A DNA stretch of 64,000 nt, taken from contig NC_086097.1 of assembly GCF_963921235.1 (NCBI RefSeq), forward strand, positions 184,700,001 through 184,764,000. Reading direction: 5' to 3'. The stretch comes from Mobula hypostoma (lineage: Eukaryota). Position 1 is the first letter of the stretch. Each line of letters starts with the position of its first letter. The position numbers and the translations under genes were made by a program. A model generated the notes under the pieces. It saw only the letters and a program-made list of their open reading frames with translations, searched no databases and had not been told where the DNA came from. Of the stretch, positions 25,370-38,407 are shown in pieces.

Positions 25370-27575
25370 TATAAGGCACATTTATATGCCATGCATGATG
25401 CCAAAGGATAAATTTTAGCTTATGTATTAAGCTGATGAAGAGCTCAACAAACTGCAGAAGAATGGAGTCCGAGTGACCCGAAAGAGGCTTTTACTATGAA
25501 GTGATCAGCAACCAGACAATCAATGATGAACAGCAAACTGCTGTCTTTATCTGAAGATCTTTATGCAGAAAGAGGCAGAACCAAATTCTTCACAAAGTTA
25601 AACATATAATGCATTAAGTGTAAACCAAAACATGTCAGGGCAGAAAGGGATATAGGGAGAAGGCTGGAGTTTGGGGCTGAGAGGAAAAATGGATCAGCCA
25701 TGATGAAATGGCAGAGCAGACTCGATGGACCAAATGGCTTAATTCTGCTCCTGTATCTCATGGTCCAAAATAGTCAATGTTTTCTCAACATTAACACATT
25801 GTGGTCTATTCTCTTATACCGATTGTCAAATCAACAAATCACTGAAATGTTCTTGTCAACAATGAAGCATCAACTAATTAATAAGGTCTTTATTAAGGAG
25901 AATAATTAGGCCATCCAGCCCATCGAGTCCGCTCCACCAATCCATCCTGGCTGATTTACTATCCCCCTCAACCCCATTTTCCTGCTTTCTCCCTGTAAAT
26001 GTTGACACTTTTACTAATCAAAAACCTGTCAAGCTTTGCTTCAAGGATGATTCCCCCAATGCTATCTCTACTGAAGGAATAATCTTTGCATTTTAGAAAA
26101 GGTTCTGAAATAACTGCATCAGCAAAATATGAAGCTTAAATGAAGTAAATGTGCCTTTCTCCAAACAGAAGGTACTAACTCAGATTGAAGGTGGATGCCA
26201 ATAGTTTTTAAATCTATGAAGAGAAGTTTTAAAGGTGAAGAGTCCAGAAAATATGGCAGAACATTTTGTTCCTTTCTTTATGATTTAACCATATTCCAAA
26301 TTTTTAAAACAGATTTAGGAGCAGTGCCCACTGATTGAAAGAAGAATAAAAACTGAGATGAATGAGGTTTAAAATAGAGCATACAGATTATTCAAACAGA
26401 AGTTAAAGAGTGGGTCCCAATTGGTAGATCATGTTGCAATGAGGACAGTGAAGCTTGTAAACGATGTCTCAAATTAGAGATGAGCACTGTGTTAGTCACA
26501 TCATTGCTGTTGGTCAAGAGAAGCCACTAGTTCTTGACACAAAATAATCTGCAGATGCTGGGGTCAAAGCAACACTCACAACACGCTGGAGGAACTCAGC
26601 AGGTCGGGCAGCATCCATGGAAAAGATCGGTCGACGTTTCGGACCGGAACCCTGACGAAGGGTTCGATTAGTTCTTGAGCCTTGTACTTTACATGTGAAT
26701 GAATTATCATGCAAATAAGGAAAGAAGAACCACCCATCATTTCTGAAGTGAAGAAGTTTCACCAATTTCTTTTGGGAAGAATTTTCATCTTAGTTAGTGA
26801 TCATTAAACCTTATTGGACACATAGTTCCAAAGTCATTGTTTCCACTGCTGATTGCCTTTAAGATGGACAATTCTTTTATTCCACTGCACCAGTAAGTAT
26901 TTGTCTTCCAAACAACCTGAGGGTGTTTTATCACAGGAAGGTTGTGATATAGGCAGTCAGAACACAATTTCTGCCTTACAACAAGTAAATATTGACTCTT
27001 TAACTACAGAAATTGTTGAGGTAATATAGGCAGGTTATATTTCTGAAATGAACCCATGAGCAGCCTCTCAAAGACTGGACTTACTCAGATACATTCAAAA
27101 TGTGGAATGCTATCATTTTATAAGAAAATACATATTCAAAATGTCCACTGATCAAAAATATCTGAAGTGGCACATAGAATAGACACCCTGAATGCCCTGA
27201 GAGGAATAATCTTAAATGAGTTATAGTCAGGCCATTGTGGCATTATAAATAGGAAGCTTATTGATAGAAGCTTTACATATTAATCATGTATCAACAAATA
27301 CCTAGAAGATCATTTAATCTGTCCAGATTGCTGAATGATCAACCAAACACCTCTTCAGGCAATGATGTTTCTGTTATGATCACTTTTTAGAGACAATGGT
27401 GATTTTTAGCAGAAAAACAGCAATAACCTTCTTATAGCTTTTGACACTTATTAGAGTTCATCATGTAGGATCTTGTACCACAGCAGAGCCTATAATAGAG
27501 AAGATGAGATGCTCAAAATACTTGATGAGTTAATGTCAGATGACAGGCCTGAATTTAAGACATTTCTAATGAAAG
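25370..27575 (+). pseudogene. Ancient Ty3/Gypsy pol fossil (RT - RNase H - integrase)
   Basis: Hand translation in Gypsy order: DEELNKLQKNG (~25435); NLCILEKVLK*LHQQNMKLK*SKCAFLQ (26081-); QIRKEEPPIISEVKKFHQFLLGRIFILVSDH (26712-); LRGIILNEL*SGHCGIINRKLIDRS (27197-27271); CPDC; DELMSDDRPEFKTFLMK (~27525-27575). Confidence 0.8.
26538..26668 (-). mobile_element. 131-bp PLE 3'-end insertion with 10-bp TSD inside the Gypsy fossil
   Basis: TSD tagttcttga at 26528-26537 and 26669-26678. The body matches 34416-34530 and ends in a short inversion through the hammerhead. Confidence 0.9.
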
Positions 27576-30500
27576 GTCATCAACCTCCAAAGTTAAACCT
27601 ATTTGTCCCTCAACAGATGCTGACTGAAATTCTGAATATTTGATCATTCTGGTCTTATTTCTGATCATTGTTATTTGAATGCCACAAGAGGTAATACAAT
27701 TCACTAATTCTAATCTTTAAGGATGCTACTATATGGTCACCTTAAGTGAGTTTTGAAGAATAAGTGTTCTCAGGTTTTACGATATCACCATACATCATTG
27801 TACAGGTAACTTCTTATTCAAATATTATGCAACAATTATATGATTCCATCTAATGGACCTGTTGATGTGCCATTAGAATTTTCTGGAGTCTCAGAAAATT
27901 ACAGCTCAGTATGAAGGACAATGGAGAAAGAACAGTTGAAACATTAGTAGCATCATGACTCACATCCGAACAATTCATTGCTCAACAACAAAGGTAGTTC
28001 AGACAAGGCAAGATAGTGACAGCATTAACATTGGTGAACAGGAATTACAAGCATTGGTAAGATATTGGTGAAGTAGTTAAATAATATTTTATTTGATTTG
28101 GGAAAAAAAGTCCAAAGTTTCATGTTACCAAATACTGTAACTGCAGTAGAAAACAAACTAGTACATATTAAAGTAGTATCTATATTGCAAAGGATTGGAC
28201 AAATTATTCACCTGACATTGCACCATTGATGAATCTGCTGATATTGAATGGTTTTAATCTTCACTTTCGTGCCAGAAAACAAGGATTCCATATTCTGTAC
28301 AAAGGTTTGTTCAAGAATGATCCTGATCTCTTCAAAGTTTCTTAACTTGAACTAAATCTGCCTATTCATCAAAATAGGTCCTGGGATGATTACCAGTCAG
28401 TATAAACAATGTGGAAAGTGATTGTTCAATGTTGACATCATGGTAAAGAACAAGTGCCATGAATTTTGTGGAAGTCTGAAATGAGCGGAATGCTTGTGGA
28501 TTAATCAAACACCCCAATGCATTTTTCCACAGCACTATTCAATTTAGCTTCATATGAAGAATATATGTAGCTGAGGTATCTTCCCATTTTCAAGTTAATA
28601 TTCACTCTGCCCATGGGAATTCATGCTGACAGCTATTACTTTACCTAATTTATTGCTTACCCTCTTCCGGCCCACATTCTTTTCTTTAGCTAAAAGCAGA
28701 ACACTCCTTCCTTCACCAACCAAAGAAACATTCTCAACTTCTAAACTCTTCTACTTGCCTCCACTGCCACATCTCCCAATCACCATCATGTGTATAAGCT
28801 CGCAGTAAAACAATTATCACTTTTCACAATAATTTCACAACAAGGACAAGAGATATGTATTTGTTTATGCACAGATGCTAAGGGCTGACCTCAGATGTAG
28901 CCAGAAACAAACTTTGGTAGGAGTACTTCCTATGCACAGGATCACAGAGTTCAGTATACGCATCCACACTATTTAATTATCCCAACGTGTTTCCGACAGG
29001 AGCTGTATGCCAATATTCAACAGATGGAAAAAGTATGCCTTACTGGTCCACTGTAAGGGGCAGTCAGTCTGTACAGATTCTGGGACCCTTCACACCTGAG
29101 AAAACTCAGAGTTGTGATCTTTTCCAATGCAAGGATTGCTGGCTGAATCTCAAAAAAATGTGAAGACAAGAAGGATGATGGTAAATGAAGTACCTAGATT
29201 TTAGGTTCTCAACAAATCGGAGTGCACTTGAAAATACAAACTGAGAGAAGATGGATGAATTACAATTAGGTAATCCCACATTTTATACTTTTCTTTAGAA
29301 ATAACTGGGAGCAAGTGCCCAAACCCATGAGATGTTCAGGCTGATATAACTTGGTGTCTATTGCTCATTCCAGTGAATGTGGGAAGCTGTATGGGAGGAA
29401 TCCAGTGTGCACCATTCATTCACTCATTATATAAATTTTATCTGCCTGTTAAATGGATATGTGGAGTTAAATATAGTGGAAGTCAATCAAGTGAACAGTG
29501 CCTGGTCTTCATGAACAAGCAGAGATCTGACCCGGGGGATGGGTTTTCTTAAGTTTTAAGACTCCTTTATTCCAGTTTGAAACAGTAAGCCTTTTTAAAA
29601 TAAAAGCAACTCACCCAAATCAAATAGGCACTGGAGTTGGTTAAAGTAATGATAATCTAAACCTGGATTTTGTTTCCTCATTGATTGAGAGCAATAATGA
29701 TGAAAAAAAAATGTTAACGCACATGTAAGGAAATGAACTTTTATTTTCTGTCTTTTCTGGCTGGGGAACACAGGATTCTTAAAATCATATTAATTAATGC
29801 AAACAAATAGAAATGGCTTAAGGCAGAAGATACAAGGAGATCCAAAGCAACACACACAAAATGCTGAAGGAACTTAGGTCAGGCAGTATCTATGGAAAAG
29901 AATGAACAGTTGACATTTTGGGCCAAAGTGCTTTGGATTTCTAGCATCTGCAGACTTTCTCATGTTCAAGGTATGAGGAGATGCTGCATTCTCCCTAAGC
30001 CAAAGAATGCATGAGATATGAGAAGTTAATTTGTTCAAATAAATGACGAAGAAGGTTGAGTTCAATACACACATTGCTATGGTTCAACACAAAGGCAAAT
30101 TTTAATGATACCCAAAGTCTATCTTGGAAAAGATTAGAGAAGCTCATGCATAAAAATTACTAATATTGAGTTCACATTCAGGAGTTTACAGGAATAAAGG
30201 GTTATGGAAATCAGGCAGGAAAATGAAGTTCAGGTTAACAATCAGATGAGCTATGATCCTACTGAACAGTGGAGCAGACCTTAAAGTATGTAGGGCCTAC
30301 TTCTTCTCTCATCCCTTTGTCCTGAGGTGGTCTCCATTTACTATGATTTCTAATCACTGTTATGTATTCTGACTTTTTGTATGTATGATAATATTGAATT
30401 CAAAGCTCCAAATTTATAAATTTATTGTTCTTGGTTAGGAATGATTGAAAAGACCTCAATCATAGCTTCAATCAGATTACTTGTTAATGGCAGTACCTGC

Positions 30501-33429
30501 ATGCAAAATGGACAGATTCAAACAGATCTAGCTGTTGTGATCCATCGGTAGTTATTGAAATGTCTTCCATCGCAACCTGTGACCGGATGGTCAGGGATAT
30601 CTTTCACTTTATCATTACCACCCATAGACCAAACCAGATTCAATGACTTATACAGAAGTCAAGTAAAGAACAGAGTGAGTCATATTAAAGATAGGATGCC
30701 AAGGTTGGAACATAACTCCACATACACACCAGACAGGTCAAGTAAGATGCAATATATCAAGCTAATCAATCTCGTAACAGACTCTACACTTCAAACACAG
30801 TCAGAAATTAAGTCATTAAGTTTTCTTTTTAAACTGAATTGAAATTACCAAACTGATATGCTGGGACATAATGTTGGCTATTAGAATATGATTTTAGAAG
30901 TCTGAAATGCTAAGCCAATAATGTAACTACCACATCAATGCTTCCCTCAATTCTCTTACTTACATGGACTGTAAAACTAACTGATAAAATGGGGTCCACA
31001 GTTGGGTCTAAGTCTATAAACTGACTTTTCTAACTTTTTCTGATCAATAATTTAAGATGTTGCAGTTTCTCTAGTCTTTGTGTTTTTTGTCCGGGTCAAT
31101 GTAAAAAACCACTTTCATGATTACATTAACTCCAAGTGAAACTAACCATGCTTGAAATTCACAATGTCTTAATTTAGACTGCAAACAAGTGCTAAGACTC
31201 TGACTTTTGTTTGTTCTTTAATTACTCCAATTATTTCCCATCTGAGATTCTTTGCCTTGACGTCCTACACACTTTGAATGAAGCTCAAGTTCAAGGAGCT
31301 TCACAACAAGAAACAAGGGACCTTCTCCAGCACTTCATCAACTGCTACCTCATGACATTGTTACATTACTCATTATCTGAGTTATTCATGGATTATTTAA
31401 AACAGATTAATGCTGGGTGCATGTGAAGATGAGAGCCTTCATTACATTCTATGTTGAGGGAGAAAATTAAAGTCAGAAATAATTTTTAGAGATATCCATA
31501 GGAATGGAATAAATAGGTACTGAGAGGTAATCAGAAGTAAAAAAAAACAAGTATTGATTGCTGTTTTTTTTGTTGATTATATCTTAATGGCCGCTAGATG
31601 AATTTCAGAATGTTCATCCCATTCACTAAACCACCACAATAAAAATGGCTCTATAACATAGAGCTGGACCTAAGGAATCATTACTTGAGTTTTAAAAACA
31701 GACTCTCCTATAGATAGCCAGAAAGTCAGGCAGCTTATATGGAGCTTGGTTTAGTTTTGTTTAATTATCTCATTTTTTAAAATTTCAGGTCCCACTTGAT
31801 TTCATACCAAATACTGACTTTGGTTATGTAAAAGAAATAAACTACATTCGGCCTGGCTTGTAGCCAATTTGACTTTGCAATTTAGTGTACAATAGATGCA
31901 TTTTTCAATTCTGTACTTGACAGAGCACTTGCACTGTGAATGCATGGTCCTTTAAATGTTCAATCTTAAAAGGGCTTGTAAAATCATCCCACAAAGCCTT
32001 GTGATACATCTTTCTTCTGCACGCGCAATGTAGTTTGTGACAAAAGGAATATATCACAAAGCTTTATGGTATAGCTTGACAAACTTAGAGATGTGGTGCA
32101 GGCAAGGTGAATGTGGGAGGCAAACAAATGGTCATCGCTTGTCATTTGAGCAAGCTTATTAATGTCAACGTAAGATGTTACAGCTGGAATCCTAATCATT
32201 TTTTCAATTAGAATTGCATTTACTGCTTTTATTTTGGAGGTTGAGAAACAAGGCAAGAATAACACATGTAAGCTACTTAAGGTCAATCTACACTACAATA
32301 TTCCTCACACCTATTGCAACATTAAACTTCCTAAATTTCCTCCACTATAGCTTACAAGCACACAAGCCTATACAAAAGATATTTTACTGAACTCTCCCAA
32401 TAAACTGCAAGTACTTGGTGAAAACTACTGCCTGAACTAAAATCTGACCACCATGCCATGAGTTTTTCTAGAAACAATCTTGTCAGCCATTAGATTTTAA
32501 AGAATAAATGCCATAATCACAGCTATCCGCTCCCTTACAGTGGGAAATCCATGAAGATTTGAAATTTCAATGTTGTTAAAATATTCACCAGTTAAAATAT
32601 TCACCAGTGCACATAAAGAGACAGAAGTCTGGGTTTTAAATCATAAATGGCGCAGAGGAAAATATAACTGGACTGCATTTATCAAAATCCCAGCATATTC
32701 AATAGACAAAGCACTAGAGGAACTCAGTGGATCAGGCAGCATTTATGGAAATAGTCAACGTTTCGGGTCAAGCCCCTTTATCCAGACTCCCTTTTGTGTG
32801 TTATTCCATACTTCTAGCATCTGTTTCCCAGTACGTTCAGTTCTTTGTGGGTCAGGCAAGTAGTGCTGAGAATTTCTGAAGTTGTCATTTTCAGCCAGAT
32901 TGGAATGGAAATAACAGAGATGGCTAAGCAGAAAAATGAACAAAACACTTATTCAATGACTTCATATTAAACCCAGATGAAAGTATCTTTGATCTTAATC
33001 TAGTACTAAAATCAAAAATTGCAACTCTTAGTTCTGGAATTTGCCAGATTGATACTTAATATTTTCTTAAGGACAACACCTCAAGCAACATGAAGCCAAT
33101 GTCAACATTCTACTCTCCCAATTCTTCAGCTGGTAATCATTTCTGAATAACCATGAATACTATTTTGTAGATCAATCTATTTTGAAATGAGGACTTTTAC
33201 ATAGGGCTGGGGGAGGGGTGACTGCAGGCGTGTTAATACTAAAATGGAATTCCACTTCAGGGTGCTCTATTATTATCTGCTGCCCGCTGTTGTATGTATG
33301 TCACTTGGCATTTATCATGGGAAGTTAGCTATTAGGATAGGGTAAAGCAGAAATGCGGAATTATGGGAGGTTACAGGGATCCAGGGAATTAGAAGAAATG
33401 TGATTAAGCCAAATTTTTAAGTCACGTTG

Positions 33430-33980
33430 AGCCTATTGTCATAGCAAGTACTTGTTTCCACAGGTGTAATGAAAAACTTACTTGCAGTAGTATCTTAAAC
33501 AAATTGTATTAAAGACAAAATATTCAAAAGAAAAAAAACATAAATTAAACATTAAACAAATTCAAAATTATACAAGAAACAACATAATTAGAAGAGAAAC
33601 AATCCATATTGAGTTAGTAACAAGGAGTGTGCATGTTGGTTCAAGAACTGAATGGATGAAGGGAAGGAGCTGTTCTTGAACCTGGTGGTGTGGGACTTCA
33701 GGCTGCCGTACCTCCCGACTGATGGTAGCTGTGAGAAGATGGAATGGCACAGGTGATGGAGATCTTTGATGACCGATGTTACCTTTGGAGGCAGCACCTC
33801 TTGTAGATAACACCTATGGTGGGGAGGGATGTGCCCTTGATCTATTGAGATGAATCCGCTACTACAGGTCCTGCTGAGCACTCCAGCTGGAAATGTTGTC
33901 TGTTTACTCTTTTCCATAGATGCTGCCTGGCCTGCTGAGTTCCTCCAGCATTTTGCTTCCTGTAGCTTCTTACATTCCTG
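33430..33980 (-). mobile_element. Rex1/Babar-like LINE 3' fragment with a small PLE piece (~33890-33955)
   Basis: ORF 33588-33917 has KVTSVIKDLHHLCHSIFSQLPSVGRYGSLKSHTTRFKNSSFP. Confidence 0.8.
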
Positions 33981-34415
33981 AGAGGGGAGGAAAGTGAGAA
34001 AAAATAAGTAGAAAGGGCATTGGGAAATCAGGAATTAGTAGTTGCAGGAAACTGAAGCCAACAGGAGAGCAGAGTGAAATGGGAAATTAGGGTAACTAAT
34101 AGCATTTACAGGGAACTGGAATTGTGTAGCAGGAAAAAGGAGTTAGGAAAGGCAGTAAAAACTGGAGAAAAGAGAAGCACCCAGAAGTAGGAAAGTCAGA
34201 AAGGTAATTAGAAATGAGGGCAAGAGGAGTACCAGCAAATTGAGACAAACTGATGCGTGTACCACATAGGAACACATTAAGAGATTTGAAATATGAAAAA
34301 GCAACTATGAATTTGGAAACTGCACTGATTATAGGGCTGTAAATTTAGTCATCTCCATCTTGGGTACTAGCCTACAAAGTACCCAGGATATCTTCAAGGA
34401 GCAGTGTCTCAGAAA

Positions 34416-36404
34416 CACAAAATAATCTGCAGATACTGTTGTCAAAGGAACACTCACAATGCGCTGGAGGAACTCAGCAGGTCAGTCAGCATCAGATGAA
34501 AAGATTAATCCAGGTTTCGGGCGGAAACCCTTCATCAGGACTGAAGGAAGAACTTTGGGGAGGGTTTAAGAATGCTGGTAGTTGAAAATAACAGTAATTT
34601 GAAAGACGGGGGCGGGAAGCAGGGAGGTGATTGGCAGGAGAACAATGCGCAGTAGTAGAAGGAGGTGGAACTATGAGGGAGGTGATGTGAAATAGGGATA
34701 GAGGAAGGGAGGGGTAGGGAATTACTGGAAGTTGGAGAATTCTATGTTCATACCAAGGAGCTGGAGACTACCTAGACGGTATATGAGGTGTTGCTCCTCC
34801 AACCTGAGTTTAGCCTCATCATGGCAGTAGAGGAGGCCATGTATAGACATATCTGAATGGGAATGAGAAGCAGAGTTGAAGTGGGTGGCTACCGGGAGAT
34901 CCTGTCTGTTGTGGCGGATGGAGTGGAGTGCTCGATGAAGCGGTCCCCCAATCTGCGTCGGGTTTCACCGATGTAGGGGAGGCCGCACCGGGAGCACCGG
35001 ATGCAATCGATGACCCCAACAGATTCGCAAGTGAAGTGTTGCCTCACCTGGAAGGACTGTTTGGGGCCCTGAATGGTGGCAAGTGAGGAGGTGTAGGGAC
35101 AGGTGTAGCACTTACGCTTACAGGGATAAGTGCCAGGTGGGAGTTCCATGGGGATGGACGTGCGGATAAGTGAGTCTCGGAGGGATCGATCCCTGCGGAA
35201 AGTGGAGAGGGGTAGAGAGGGAAAGATGGGCTTAGTGGTGGGGTCCTGTTGAAGGTGGCGGAAGTTGTGGAGGATAATGTGCTGGATCCGGAGGGTGGTG
35301 GGGTGGTAGGTGAGGACGAGGGGAACTCTGTCCCTGTTGTGGTGGTGGGAAGATGGGGTGAGGGCCCAAGTGCGGGAAATAGAGGAGCTGCAGGTGAGGG
35401 CATCATTGATGACAGCAGAAGGGAAACCACGATCCTTAAAGAAAGAGGACATTTGACATGTCCTGGAACGGAAAGCCTCATCCTGGGAGCAGATGCGACA
35501 GAGACGGAGTAACTGGGAATAGGGAATGGCATTTTTGCATGTGGCAGGGTGGGAAGAGGTATAGTCGAGGTAGTTATGAGAGTCAGTGGCTTGTAGAAGA
35601 TTTCAGTGGACAGTCTGTCTCCAGAGATGGAGACCGGGACATCGAGAAAGGGGAGAGAAGTGTCAGAGATAGACCAAGTGAATTTGAGGGCTGGGTGGAA
35701 GCTTGAAGTAAAGTCGGTGAAATTAACGAGCTCAGCATGGGTGCAGGAAGAAGCACCAATGTAGTCGTCAATGTATCAGAGGTTCTCACACTTCTCTTTT
35801 GGCTCTTCCCACTTTCTTCAGACTAAGGGTGTAGCTATGGGAACTCGCATGGGACCCAGCTATGCCTGCCTCTTCGTTGGTTATGTGGAACAGTCTGTGC
35901 TCCAAACCTATTCTGGTACTGCTCCCCAACTTTTCCTTCGATACATTGATCTCCTGGTAGCCACCCACTTCAATTCTGCTTCCCATTCCCATTCAGATAT
36001 GTCCATACATGGCCTCCTCTACTGCCATGATGAGGCTAAACTCAGGTTGGAGGAGCAACACCTCATATACCGTCTAGGTAGTCTCCAGCCCCTTGGTATG
36101 AACATAGAATTCTCCAACTTCCTGTAATTCCCTACCACTCCCTTCCTCTATCCCTATTTCACATCACCTCCCTCATAGTTCCGCCTCCTTCTTCTACTGC
36201 GCATTGTTCTCCTGCCAATCACCTCCCTGCTTCCCCTCCCCCACCCCTTTGACTTTTAAATTACTGTTTTTTTCAACTACCAGCATTCTTCAAACCCTCC
36301 CCAAAGTTCTTCCTTCAGTCCTGACGAAAGGTTTCGGCCCGAAACGTCAACTAATCTTTTCAACTGATGCTGACTGACCTGCTGAGTTCCTCCAGTGCAT
36401 TGTG
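34416..36404. mobile_element. Young PLE insertion with ~460-bp inverted arms and 13-bp TSD
   Basis: TSD agtgtctcagaaa at 34403-34415 and 36405-36417. Minus ORF 34889-35452 has CKRKCYTC and CIRCSRCGLPYIGETRRRLGDRFIEH (GIY-YIG). Plus ORF 35771-36127 has QTKGVAMGTRMGPSYA...RYID. Confidence 0.93.
36316..36352 (+). ncRNA. Minimal hammerhead motif, core intact but stems mismatched
   Basis: cagtc CTGACGA aaggtttcggccc GAAAC GTC aact, with one mismatch each in stem I and stem II. Confidence 0.65.
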
Positions 36405-36961
36405 AGTGTCTCAGAAAGGCAGCGTTCATTATTAAGGACCACTAGCACCCAGAGCATGCCTTTTTCTCTTTGTTACCATCAGGTAGGAGGTACAGCAGCT
36501 TGAAAGTACACTCAGTGATTTAGGAACAGCTTCTTCCCCTCTGCCATCTGATTCCTAAGTGGACATTGAACCCTTCTACACTACCTCTTTTTTAAAATAT
36601 ATAGTATTTTTTTTGCACTTTTCTTAATCTGTTCAATATATGTATACTGTAATTGTTTTACTTATTATGATTATTTTTTTTCTTCTATATCATGTATTGC
36701 ATTGAACTGCTGTTGCTAATGTAACAAATTTCACGTCACATGCCAGTGATAATAAACCTGATTCTGATTCTGACTCTAATTATTTAGGAACCATGTAAAC
36801 ACCATTTTTCCTGACATCAGGAAAATGCCACTTAAATGAGAAAAATGACTGGCGTGTGCAGATATGATTCAGAAAGGAAGAATCCATTAGAATTCCACAA
36901 TATTATGAAATGACTCAAATCAATCATAATCACATTCCACTCTGGGACAAATAAATATTCA

Positions 36962-37095
36962 TTCAGTTCTGAAGAAGGGTCTCTGCCTGAAACATCAACT
37001 GCTTACTATCAGATGCTGCCTGGCCTGCTGAGTTCCTCCAGCATTTTGTGCATGTTGTTTGTATTTCCAGCATCTTCAGATTTTTTTGTGTTTGT
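36962..37095 (+). mobile_element. Short PLE 3'-end fragment starting at the hammerhead
   Basis: cagtt CTGAAGA agggtctctgcct GAAAC ATC aactg followed by the standard PLE terminus. Confidence 0.8.
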
Positions 37096-38407
37096 GATAT
37101 TCATGCACGCCATGTTAAAGTAAAACCTCTCCACTCAACTTCCTTGGCTAATGGTTTTTACTTTTAAAATATCCACAATAATTTAATCATGTTAATATGG
37201 TCCAGTCCTCATTTAGTACAATACATAATGTTTAAAACGTGAATTAAAATTGTGTTTTTGCTGTCTGCAATGATTTTTTAGAATGATTGGCTTCACAGTC
37301 AGTTTGATGAGCTTCTGATTGCCTGAGATCCTGAGAACTAGTGTCTCACAGTACTGGAAACACACAGCAGGCTACAATAGATAACAGAAGTTAAAACTCC
37401 TCACACACAGATCATTTGATCTTTGAGGAGATTTCTTTTCTCAAAAGCATTGGGATGTTAGCAACTTTGCCAATGGTCAAACTTTTGAAGAGGTGCATAT
37501 TAAAAGTTAGATACAAGGAGGGCTGAATCCAACTTTATAGCAGTTACATCTAGCCTATTTTATAAGGTTGGATGCAGATGTCCTTGCAACTGCTGCCAGA
37601 CCTTTGTTGTTGGCTTCCTACTAGGTTAAAGCCTGTGGAGGCAGCTGTCCTCACTCATTGCCAGATCACTGTGCCAAACCTGCAGTTATGCTTGGTGGCA
37701 TAATGGCAGATGTTACTATTGTCATTTTGGTACCTGCTGATATCTCTGGCATCACATCTTTCATCTTCTACCTCTAATTTTGGAAATTATCAAAAGAGAT
37801 CTCCATTTTTGAATTAATCTGCTCTACGACTCCGTAACTTCTGAAGGGACAATCTGTGGCTCCTCGGTTCTTGTGAAAAGGAATGGTGGGAAGTTTTTAT
37901 TCATGTGTCGTTTCATTTGTGTCCTTTTGAAGAAAATCATCAATTACCAATCTACTTCCCATAATTCTAATGAGGAATATGGACTATTGTTTCTGCACCT
38001 TTTGAAAACAAATCTAAAGACAAAATACTGGTCATACTCAGCAGGTTAGGCAGCACCTGTGGGAAGAGAAGCAGTGTTAATGTTTTACATCAGAAAACTT
38101 TTGTTAGAACAGGTAAAACGGGAAGGGATAGACAGGAAAAACAATACTTCTCCAAAAGAGTGAGAACAGAGTCATTGTAGTACTAAGCTATGTCAAAGTC
38201 ATCTGATTGAGGAAACTTGAAAGGGAAAACACATACAAAGGAAAATATAAATGCTGTGAAATACAGAGTGTAGAAAGTGTGCAATATGTTAGACCATACT
38301 CATAAAGAGAGAATTTCTGAGTTAATGTTACGGATTAACTCACAGAACTGTTCTGTGAGTTACTTATTCCAGAACTGGCCAGTTTTAACATAAAATATAA
38401 CTACACA

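Larger units (their letters stand above)
34355..36775 (+). mobile_element. Rex1/Babar-like LINE 3' end split by a PLE insertion (34355-34415 and 36418-36775)
   Basis: The rejoined sequence reads QDIFKEQCLRKAAFIIKD, as in ORF 41871-42152. Tail aataaacctgattctgattctga. Confidence 0.88.

Noticed and set aside
28200..29200. Coding-looking unique sequence (also 37550-37950 and 56550-57050) as exons or further TE fossils
   Set aside because: I found no sustained open frame or recognisable motif by hand. A profile search could still reveal old elements.
32576..32608. Short tandem duplications (ttaaaatattcaccag x2; also 367-415, 39637-39665, 42667-42700, 59506-59533) as CRISPR-like or functional arrays
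   Set aside because: Two copies only, no spacer periodicity, eukaryotic context. Ordinary slippage.
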